A DNA stretch of 59,174 nucleotides from Candidatus Eiseniibacteriota bacterium (GCA_044223135.1 JBGAMH010000001.1:1-59174); one strand, 5' to 3'. Counted from the stretch's first letter, positions 26,936 to 34,220 are shown. Made by a program: numbers and translations. Notes: generated by a model from the sequence alone, not told the origin.

Positions 26936-27304
26936 TCAGTCGCCGTGGCGCAGGTGGCGCAGTCCCTCGCGCCAGGGATGCACGCGGGCCCCGCGACAGT
27001 CGCTGCCCTCGCAGTCGCCCGCGGCGCGCGCGGCGCGACGGTCGCCCGTATCGCAGACCTGCGGGCGGGCGACACGGCCGCGACAGTCATTGCCCTCGCA
27101 GTCGCCGCGGGCCGATGCGACCGCCGCCGCCGCAGGCGCGCTCCCGGCGAAGCACGGATCCGTATCGCATTCGCCGCGAACGACAACCACCACCGTGGCC
27201 GGTGCAGGGGTCTCGATGCACGGATCCGTCTCGCAGCTCCGTCCCGGGCCGGCCATCGCCACGAGCCCCAGTCCCAGCGCCAATCCCATCACGATCGCCT
27301 TCAT
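26936..27304 (-). CDS. small exported acidic Cys-repeat (CX4C) protein with His-rich tail
   Basis: 122 aa. GGAGG lies 6 nt before the ATG. Signal peptide MKAIVMGLALGLGLVAMAG. Repeats CETDPC, CDTDPC, GDCEGNDCRG and GDCEGSDCRG. Tail HPWREGLRHLRHGD. The nucleotide repeat gacagtc(g/a)(c/t)tgccctcgcagtcgcc appears twice. Confidence 0.7.
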   Translation of the reverse strand: MKAIVMGLALGLGLVAMAGPGRSCETDPCIETPAPATVVVVVRGECDTDPCFAGSAPAAAAVASARGDCEGNDCRGRVARPQVCDTGDRRAARAAGDCEGSDCRGARVHPWREGLRHLRHGD

Positions 27305-27364
27305 CTGCCACCTCCTTCGTTCGAGTGTCCGCCGTGGATCCGGCGGCCCGTTGCCGCCGCCCGC

Positions 27365-27393
27365 TTCGTTGCCCGGAGCGCCCGGGTGTGACA
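27365..27393 (-). promoter_or_regulatory. bipartite element TGTCACAC-N13-GCAACGAA (copy c)
   Basis: Minus strand reads tgtcacac ccgggcgctccgg gcaacgaa, ending 61 nt before the start at 27304 and 13 nt after the lipoprotein stop. Confidence 0.6.
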
Positions 27394-27405
27394 CCCCGTC
27401 CGGCG

Positions 27406-27780
27406 CTAGTTCACGTTCAGCGACACGGCGGCTGGCACGTCGCTGTCGTTCTCGACCGTGATCTCCACGCGTCCGCCCCCCTGCGCGGCGCCCCCGACCA
27501 CGTCCGCACCCGTGTACGCCCCCTCGGCGGCGAGCGCGCCCGACGCCCCGAAGACCCGGACCTCCATGCCCACGGTGACGAGTCCCGGGCTGCACGCGAC
27601 GGCCCACGTGCCGTCGTGCGCGAACGTCTGACCGACCACGACCCGCTCGCCCGGATTCACCGAGCGCGTGTTGAGCGCGGTCGCGAGGATGTCCTCCGCG
27701 ATGCACCCCGTGAGCGAAGCGCCGACCAACCCCGCCAGCACCAACGCCATCGTCGCCCGAACCGCCTTCCGCATCGCCAT
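27406..27780 (-). CDS. small lipoprotein, beta-rich
   Basis: 124 aa. GGAGG lies 6 nt before the ATG. Lipobox in MAMRKAVRATMALVLAGLVGASLTGC. The C-terminus GGGRVEITVENDSDVPAAVSLNVN resembles the last strands of the PPC-like proteins. Confidence 0.7.
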   Translation of the reverse strand: MAMRKAVRATMALVLAGLVGASLTGCIAEDILATALNTRSVNPGERVVVGQTFAHDGTWAVACSPGLVTVGMEVRVFGASGALAAEGAYTGADVVGGAAQGGGRVEITVENDSDVPAAVSLNVN

Positions 27781-27850
27781 GCCGCACCTCCCGTTCGTGG
27801 GCGGGCACCGCGCGCCGTCCGGGGCGCGGCGTTTCCGCCGGTACGCCTCG

Positions 27851-27879
27851 TTCGTTGCGCGCGCGGCGCGCGTGTGACA
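27851..27879 (-). promoter_or_regulatory. bipartite element TGTCACAC-N13-GCAACGAA (copy d)
   Basis: Minus strand reads tgtcacac gcgcgccgcgcgc gcaacgaa, ending 71 nt before the start at 27780. Confidence 0.6.
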
Positions 27880-27901
27880 CCCGGACGGCCGACGGTTTCC
27901 G

Positions 27902-27931
27902 TTGACCCTGTCACACGCGGTTCCCTAGGCT
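27902..27931 (+). promoter_or_regulatory. sigma70-type promoter candidate TTGACC-N18-TAGGCT for the sigma operon
   Basis: ttgacc at 27902-27907 and taggct (fits TAnnnT) at 27926-27931, 51 nt before GTG 27982. The spacer contains TGTCACAC (27909-27916), the inverted mate of the box at 27872-27879. Confidence 0.4.
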
Positions 27932-27981
27932 CCCGCCCCACGCGCCGCGCCGACCCGGCCGGCGGGAGGCCCACTCAGACC

Positions 27982-28563
27982 GTGACGGAACCCATCCCCG
28001 CCCGAGAGGAACAGCGCATCGCGTCGGAAGCCCGCACCTGGTACCTCGCCTTCTTCGAGCGGCGGGTCGGGGCGCGTGGCCGCGACCTCGCTGACGACCT
28101 CGCCCAGGAAGCGGCCATCGGCCTGCTGCGCGCGCTGCGCGCGACGGGCGCCGATTCGCTCGAGGCCCTGCGCGCGACCATCGGAACGCGTACGTGGTTC
28201 GGCTTCCTGCGCCGCGAGTACCGGTGGAAGAAGGTCTGGGACGACACCGCCGTGGAAGAGACGGACGCGCCGGCGCCGCCCGCGACGCAGCCCGGGGCCC
28301 ACCTGCACGTGGGTGATCCGGGCGAACGACTCCGATTCCAGGTGCTCGAGTTCTATCGCGCCCACAACGCGAAGTGCCTGGGGCTCGCCGAGCTCTTCTT
28401 CGGCGGGGTGGACTGGATGGACGCCGCCTCGCGGCTGAACCTGGGGTACGCGGCCATCCGCCAGCAGTGGTCCCGCTGCCTCAAACTGCTGCGCGAAGTC
28501 GTGACCCGCGACGAGGACCTGCGTGACTCGCTCTGGGCCTTCTGGAGCGACAGCGATGCCTGA
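27982..28563 (+). CDS. ECF-type sigma-70 family factor (divergent)
   Basis: 193 aa from a GTG, with GGAGG 12 nt upstream. Region-2-like segment DLAQEAAIGLLRAL..TRTWFGFLRREYRWKK. Region-4-like HTH WMDAASRLNLGYAAIRQQWSRCLKLLRE. Followed by an anti-sigma gene. Confidence 0.65.
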   Translation: MTEPIPAREEQRIASEARTWYLAFFERRVGARGRDLADDLAQEAAIGLLRALRATGADSLEALRATIGTRTWFGFLRREYRWKKVWDDTAVEETDAPAPPATQPGAHLHVGDPGERLRFQVLEFYRAHNAKCLGLAELFFGGVDWMDAASRLNLGYAAIRQQWSRCLKLLREVVTRDEDLRDSLWAFWSDSDA

Positions 28564-28723
28564 CGCCCGTCACAGCGAGGCCCCCCGCGCAACGATGCCT
28601 GCGAGGGGCCGATGGATCGGGGGCGTTCGCGGCGGGAACGGCACCCGGTGCGAGGGCGCGAGCCCGTGGATCCACCACGGCGCAGCGACCGCGCAGAGGC
28701 CCTCGAGGTCTGCGAATGAGTGA
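28556..28723 (+). CDS. possible 55-aa bridging ORF between sigma and anti-sigma genes
   Basis: Its ATG at 28556 overlaps the sigma stop (ATGCCTGA) and its stop at 28721-28723 overlaps the anti-sigma start (ATGAGTGA). GC3 is about 84% by hand count. The Arg/Gly-rich sequence has no recognisable motif. Confidence 0.25.
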   Translation: MPDARHSEAPRATMPARGRWIGGVRGGNGTRCEGASPWIHHGAATAQRPSRSANE

Positions 28724-29675
28724 CACGCGAACGCCTCCGGGCGGCCCGCCGCCGGCCGACCACGCCTGGGTACTGAGTCGCCTCGCCCCGTACTGGGCCG
28801 GCCTGCTCGACGACTCCGCGAACGAGCGCGTCGAGTCGCACGTCGCCTCGTGCGAGCCGTGCCGACGCGCATGGGAGGCGCAGTCCGCGACGCCGGCGAT
28901 CACGCCGGGAGCCGAAGCGCACGTACCGGCGGCGCTCGTCGCGGACTGGGATCGCCAGCAACGCACGCTGCGCGGGCTCGAACGGGCCACCGTCCGGCAT
29001 CACCTCGAACGCTGCGACGATTGCCGCCGCGACCTGCAGGCACTCGGTCACGAGCCCGTGCTGGAGTTCATCGCCGCGCTCGAGCCCGAGGGCATGATGC
29101 CCGGCACGGCGGCGCCACCCGCCGCTGCACGGCGGGAGGTTCGACCGACGGCGATGGAGGGCGCGCTCGATCGCCTGCGCCGTTTCAACTGGGTCCTCGG
29201 AAGCTGGGCCGCCCTCGCCACGAGCGCCGCCGCGGTGATGACGTTCGTGCTGTTGCGCGGTGGGGCACCGATCCCGGAGGGCACGCTGCCGCAGCCGGGA
29301 TTCGGCGGACCGGGCACGACCAGCATCTCCTCCGGCGCACTCCCTTCGGTGGAGGCCGCGGTCACGCTCGTGCTTCAGCCGGGGGCACCGGGCGAGGGAC
29401 CGGTCGCCCTGGCCCCGGCGGCGGCGCCTCGACGCGTGATCGCGCTGCAGCTGCGCGGGCTGACCACCGCACCCGACGACAGCCTCCGGTTCGTGATCGA
29501 GCAGGGCTCGCGGACCGTCGTCCGGCAGGCTCTGCCAGCGAAGCTCGCCGCCGATTCGGTGTTCACGGTGGTCCTGCGCGGCGCCCCGAGGGCGCTGCCG
29601 CCGGGCGCCTACCGGCTTCGCGTCGGGGGTGCCGCCGGGGAGAGGGCGTATGCCTTCCGAATCGCGGAGCGCTGA
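28716..29675 (+). CDS. membrane anti-sigma factor with two zf-HC2 (ZAS) motifs
   Basis: HVASCEPC and HLERCDDC both fit H-x3-C-x2-C. One transmembrane segment (WVLGSWAALATSAAAVMTFVLL) is followed by a ~135-aa extracytoplasmic domain. Confidence 0.75.
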   Translation: MSDTRTPPGGPPPADHAWVLSRLAPYWAGLLDDSANERVESHVASCEPCRRAWEAQSATPAITPGAEAHVPAALVADWDRQQRTLRGLERATVRHHLERCDDCRRDLQALGHEPVLEFIAALEPEGMMPGTAAPPAAARREVRPTAMEGALDRLRRFNWVLGSWAALATSAAAVMTFVLLRGGAPIPEGTLPQPGFGGPGTTSISSGALPSVEAAVTLVLQPGAPGEGPVALAPAAAPRRVIALQLRGLTTAPDDSLRFVIEQGSRTVVRQALPAKLAADSVFTVVLRGAPRALPPGAYRLRVGGAAGERAYAFRIAER

Positions 29676-31686
29676 GCGCAAGCGAGGCCCACGAGGGATC
29701 GCGGTGCGCCTCGGAACGGGCCTGGCGCTCACGCTCATGCTCACGCTCGCGCTCGCGAACGGCGCGGGTTCGGCAGGACCCGTCCGGCTCGTGCGCCCCG
29801 GCGCGACGGTCGAGCTCCGACGCGCGCCCATCGGCACGCAACCGCTCATCGGCCTGCCGGTGGTTCGCGCCCTGCGGGCAGGCAGCACGCCGAAACGCCG
29901 TGAAGCCGCCGACGACCGCCTGGTCGCCTATCACGTCGAGTTCGCCGACGCGGCCAGCTGCAACCGGTACGCACCGCCCGGAGGGACGGTCTTCCATCGC
30001 TTCCAGCGCTTCGCCGGCGTGTTCGTGGCTTCGGACCGGATCGACGACCTCGTCCGGGCCACGGTGCGCGCGCCCGGATTCCGCGCGATCGAGGACGACG
30101 ACATCACGCAGCTCCCTCCGCGCCCCCGGCCGAGGACCGCACCACCCTCGAAGGCGGTGCCCGAGAACATCGTGCGCGGCGGGCTCGCCGGGCTCACCGG
30201 GCGCGGCACGCTCGTGGGCATCGTGGACACCGGCGTCGATTTCCGGCACAGCGACTTCGTCACGGAAGGGTCCGACGGTCCTCGTTCACGCATCGTGGCG
30301 TACTGGGACACCGGCCTGCCGTTCGATCCGTCGCGCGGCAGCGGGCGACCGGGCCCGATCACCTATCCGAACGGCCAGCCCGTGGGCACGGTGTTCACCG
30401 GCGCCGAGCTCACCCACGCCCTGCGGAATGGCGGACTCGACGATCTCGTCGATCACGTCGGGCACGGCACGGCCTGCGCCGGGATCGCCGCCGGCAACGG
30501 GCGCGGCCTGGAGAGCACGCGCGAGGTGCTGGGCGTGGCTCCCGGCGCCGCGCTGCTCGTGGTGCGCGCCCAGACCTCGGACGAACTCCCCGGGCTCTCG
30601 AACTTCGTGATCACTCCCGCGGTCCACTGGATGAGCACCATCGCCGACTCGCTGCGCCGCCCGCTCGTCGTGTCCTGCTCGTTCGGCCAGCAGATCGGTC
30701 TGCACGACGGCAGCCGGCTCGTCGAGCGCGAACTGGAAGCGCTGCTGCCGGACGGAGCGCCCGGGCGCGCACTCGTCGTTTCGGCGGGCAACGACGGCAC
30801 GCGGCCGGTGCATGCTCGCATGACGCTCGGCGCGAAGCCGCAGGTGCTCGAATGGCATTGTGGCGACGGCGACGCGTTGCTCGAGCTGCACCTGCGGACC
30901 CGCGACTCGAGCGCGGTGCAGGCCGCGGTCGCCGTTCGCTCCGACAACCGCCCGTCCGACATCGCGACCTACCCGCTCGCGCCCGTCGTGAAGGGCTCCG
31001 CCTGGCAGATCGTGCGCTTCCGGGTGGCAGGCGACATCGGCGGCATCTACCTCTGGTCGAAGACTCCGGGCGTGCCGGTCGAGGCCTACATTTCGGGTGG
31101 GGAGTTCGCCGCCCGGTTCACGGTGCCGACGGGCACGGTGGCGAGCCCGGGTACGTGCCGCGCGGCGATCACGGTGGGGAGCTACGACTGGAACGACATG
31201 TTCGATCAGAAGGGGCTCGGCCCGACGACACTCTTCAACGCCTGTTCGGAGACACCCATCGAGATCGGTGAACTCTCGTGCTATTCCAGTCGAGGCTTCG
31301 TGCACCGCGGGCTCGTGAAGCCCGACCTCGTCGCGCCCGGGCAGTGGTTCACGGCACCCGTGTCTCTCCTCGCGCCCGATCGGCCCGCCGGGCTCGGCAT
31401 GGCTTCCGCGGGAGTGTACGAAGGCCTGCACGGCTCCGGGCACTACCGCTGGTTCAACGGCACGAGCGCTGCCGCGCCATACGTGGCGGGCGTGCTCGCT
31501 CTGGCGCTGGAGCGCGATCCCCGTCTCACGCTCGGTTCGCTTCGAAACCGATTGCGCGCGAGCCTCTCGCGGGACGCGACGACCGGCGCCGTGCCCAACA
31601 CGGCGTGGGGATACGGTCGGCTCGACCTCGCCGCCGTGAAGCGGTTCCTCGCCGTCGGCGTGCGCGCCACACCCCGGGGTCGTTGA
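29650..31686 (+). CDS. secreted subtilisin-like serine peptidase (family S8)
   Basis: Signal peptide RLGTGLALTLMLTLALANGAGSA. Catalytic triad contexts GIVDTGVDFRH, DHVGHGTACAGIAAG and FNGTSAAAPYVAGVLALAL, with VVSAGNDG for the oxyanion Asn. It overlaps the anti-sigma 3' end by 26 nt; the alternative start is 29629. Confidence 0.9.
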   Translation: MPSESRSAERKRGPRGIAVRLGTGLALTLMLTLALANGAGSAGPVRLVRPGATVELRRAPIGTQPLIGLPVVRALRAGSTPKRREAADDRLVAYHVEFADAASCNRYAPPGGTVFHRFQRFAGVFVASDRIDDLVRATVRAPGFRAIEDDDITQLPPRPRPRTAPPSKAVPENIVRGGLAGLTGRGTLVGIVDTGVDFRHSDFVTEGSDGPRSRIVAYWDTGLPFDPSRGSGRPGPITYPNGQPVGTVFTGAELTHALRNGGLDDLVDHVGHGTACAGIAAGNGRGLESTREVLGVAPGAALLVVRAQTSDELPGLSNFVITPAVHWMSTIADSLRRPLVVSCSFGQQIGLHDGSRLVERELEALLPDGAPGRALVVSAGNDGTRPVHARMTLGAKPQVLEWHCGDGDALLELHLRTRDSSAVQAAVAVRSDNRPSDIATYPLAPVVKGSAWQIVRFRVAGDIGGIYLWSKTPGVPVEAYISGGEFAARFTVPTGTVASPGTCRAAITVGSYDWNDMFDQKGLGPTTLFNACSETPIEIGELSCYSSRGFVHRGLVKPDLVAPGQWFTAPVSLLAPDRPAGLGMASAGVYEGLHGSGHYRWFNGTSAAAPYVAGVLALALERDPRLTLGSLRNRLRASLSRDATTGAVPNTAWGYGRLDLAAVKRFLAVGVRATPRGR

Positions 31687-31693
31687 CGCCCGC

Positions 31694-33052
31694 TCACCGC
31701 AACAGGACGACGGACGTCGATCGCCGCTGCCGCGTCGCTTCCAGGACCGCGAAGTAGACCCCCGGCGGCAGCACGCGGCCGTCCGCGCCGAGCGTGTTCC
31801 AGACGGCTTGCCTCGGGCCCGGCGGCAGGTCCGCGTCGAGTATCGTCGCCACGGTCGCGCCGGCCACGTCCAGAACCCGAAGTCGCACGGGGCCCGGAAC
31901 GGGCAGCGCGAACTGGAACCGGACGAGCGTCCCCGCCCGGGCCGGGTTCGTGCCCGCCCGGAGGAGCAGGCTCGCCGCGGGTTGCGGTCGTTCGGCATCC
32001 ACCTGCGCACCACACTGGAAGGGCGTCGCCCAGCACACGCCCGAGAGCGACGGAGCGTTCGTCGAGCGCACGATCGTGAGCTGCTCCGGCGGTCCGTCGC
32101 GCTGAATCGTGTAGCCGGCCCCGGGGCAGGCCTGCTGGAGACACGGCCAGCTGCACGTCCAGTCCGATCCCGTCCACACGCAGTTCCACACGCAGAGGGA
32201 CGTCGGAGAGGGCACCTGGAATCGCTGCGTCTGCCCGGCCGGGATCGTCGACGAGTTGCTGCCCACGGAAACCAGCACGCTCCCGGAATAGGCGTTCGTC
32301 ACCGAGATGGTGCAGGCGCGGCAGGCCACGGGCAGGTCCGGCCACGCGGCCGAGGCCTCCGACGACACTGGCGACGTCGGGTGCGTGGACGAGACGTCCG
32401 CTTCCATCGACACCCCGCACGCGGAGGGCGCGGATACGCCCCAGAAGAACGGCGGATGTCCCGGGTAGGGGGACTCCACGGACCACCAGCCGGTGACCGC
32501 GTACTGGGCGCCGGGCGTGAGCCCCGTCAGGATCAGGCGTGCACGCGCGGTGTCGCAGGGCGCAGCGGGCACCGCGGGCGACGCGGCGAATCGCAGGCAG
32601 CGCGAGCCATTCACGAACGCCACGGAAGCTCCGGCCCCCATCCGCCAGCCATCCGCGAACCAGTCTCCGGCGAAGTCCTCGTCGAGCACCGGAGTGCCAC
32701 TGCTGGAATAGCACCAGTTGTGATAGAGCGGGTTGCCATTGGCGTCCGTCACGTTCGGACAGCGCGTGCAGACGGGATTGCTGCGCAGGTCGCCGTAGCG
32801 CTGAACGAGGATGTCGTCGATGCCGACCACGCCGTACGACGTACCGCTCGAGGACGTGAGCTTCACCGCCAGGTCGACGAAGACCGTGCAACTCGGCGCG
32901 AAGAAGTAGAGCGGGTCCTGCATCTGGCACCAGTCGATGGCCGGGTACGGGCGGTCGATCGGCCGCATGGGCACGAGCGTCCGTTCCGCGTGCGCGTCGG
33001 CGGCTCCCACCAGCAGGGCGATCGCGACGCCGAGGGCCGCCCCGGCGCGCAT
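31694..33052 (-). CDS. secreted Cys-rich protein with FlgD-Ig/T9SS-like C-terminal domain; N-terminal module shared with the giant protein
   Basis: 452 aa. Signal peptide MRAGAALGVAIALLVGAADAHA is followed by ERTLVPMRPIDRPYP. There are many Cys residues (CTRC, CVWNCVWTGSDWTCSWPC). The C-terminus reads VRLRVLDVAGATVATI..PPGVYFAVLEATRQRRSTSVVLLR. The rest of track ORF 31694-34972 is shadow. Confidence 0.8.
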   Translation of the reverse strand: MRAGAALGVAIALLVGAADAHAERTLVPMRPIDRPYPAIDWCQMQDPLYFFAPSCTVFVDLAVKLTSSSGTSYGVVGIDDILVQRYGDLRSNPVCTRCPNVTDANGNPLYHNWCYSSSGTPVLDEDFAGDWFADGWRMGAGASVAFVNGSRCLRFAASPAVPAAPCDTARARLILTGLTPGAQYAVTGWWSVESPYPGHPPFFWGVSAPSACGVSMEADVSSTHPTSPVSSEASAAWPDLPVACRACTISVTNAYSGSVLVSVGSNSSTIPAGQTQRFQVPSPTSLCVWNCVWTGSDWTCSWPCLQQACPGAGYTIQRDGPPEQLTIVRSTNAPSLSGVCWATPFQCGAQVDAERPQPAASLLLRAGTNPARAGTLVRFQFALPVPGPVRLRVLDVAGATVATILDADLPPGPRQAVWNTLGADGRVLPPGVYFAVLEATRQRRSTSVVLLR

Positions 33053-33487
33053 CGCGATCTCGAGCAGGTGGTCAACGGAACCCCGGTGGGTGCGTCGGGA
33101 CCGCGGGTGAGTCCCGACGATGACGGCGGCGGAGTCGTGGAGGGGATGGCGCACGCGCTCTCCTCGGTTCGGGTGAGCAACAGCCGCGCCGCGGCCCGGG
33201 GGTGCGCCAGCGCCGATGGACGGATCGGGAACCGGGGGATGCCCGGGGAACTGTAGGGAGCCCGGCGGAGGCCTGTCGAGATCGGAGTCGTCGGGCGCGC
33301 GGCCTGGCGCGCGCCCGCGGCGCGGGCAATCCCGTGCGCCGCCATCCCGCCACCCGCGTGCTGGCCGAGGCCGCCGCTTCGCGCGCGCTGTGAGCGGGCG
33401 TATCGTCCGCGGCGCCCCCCGGGCATCGCCCGCGCGAGCGCCGTGCTCGCGCGCCAACCCGTGAACGCAGCGCGTGAGGGCGCGTGC

Positions 33488-34087
33488 ATGGCCGCCGATT
33501 CCGAGAAACCCGCCTGGCCGCTGATGGTGCTGGCCGTGACGTCGTTCGTGCCGTGCGTGGGCTTCGCGCTCGCCTCGGCCACGGTGTCGTGGGCGCTGGT
33601 CGCTCCGCGCCGGCACGCGCGCATCGCCATCGCCATCGCGGTGGTCGGCGCGCTGCTCAATGCCGGGTTCGGATTCGTGGTGGGCTCGGCCTGGCTCGCG
33701 AAACACCCGCTGCCGACGCCCGAGCCCCCGTCCAACATGCTGGTCAAGACGCAGCAGCACCTGGACCTCACGGCCGGGCTGATCGAGGAGTACCGCGCGA
33801 CGCACGGCTCGTATCCGGCGTCGCTCGAGGAGATGATCGCGCCGATGGGAACGGTCCCGGACTCCGGGCACGTGGTCATCGACACGTCGAAGGTCTTCCC
33901 GCCGGTGGACCCGCTCTCGTACGCCGCGGGACACCCGCGGCTGTTCACCTACGTCGTGTCGGCCGACCGCCAGCAATACGACCTCTACTCGCCGGGCCGG
34001 GACGGCAGGACCCCGAGCTCCGACGACATGCGCCCGATGCTGTCGATCGAGGCGCGGCGCAAGTCCGGCTACCAGCCGGGGCTCTGA
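33488..34087 (+). CDS. membrane protein with GspG/pseudopilin-like C-terminal domain (no prepilin leader)
   Basis: 199 aa with two N-terminal transmembrane helices, then LIEEYRATHGSYPASLEEMIAP, the G.YP.sL pattern typical of type II secretion G-like domains. Confidence 0.55.
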   Translation: MAADSEKPAWPLMVLAVTSFVPCVGFALASATVSWALVAPRRHARIAIAIAVVGALLNAGFGFVVGSAWLAKHPLPTPEPPSNMLVKTQQHLDLTAGLIEEYRATHGSYPASLEEMIAPMGTVPDSGHVVIDTSKVFPPVDPLSYAAGHPRLFTYVVSADRQQYDLYSPGRDGRTPSSDDMRPMLSIEARRKSGYQPGL

Positions 34088-34220
34088 CCCGCGGGGGGCG
34101 GCGAGAGCGGGCCCGCGCGCCCCGTCGGGAGACCGCCGCCGTCTTGCGGGGCCGCGGGGGCCGACTCTACTCTCCGTCGCTGCTTCCGCCGGTCTCCCGA
34201 CAACACTTCGCGAAAGGACG

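Noticed and set aside
27909-27937. TGTCACAC box facing the sigma gene, considered as a complete autoregulatory copy of the element
   Set aside because: The position 13 nt downstream reads ctcccgcc, matching only 2 of 8 positions of GCAACGAA. I keep it as a lone half-site or inverted repeat inside a sigma70-like promoter candidate.
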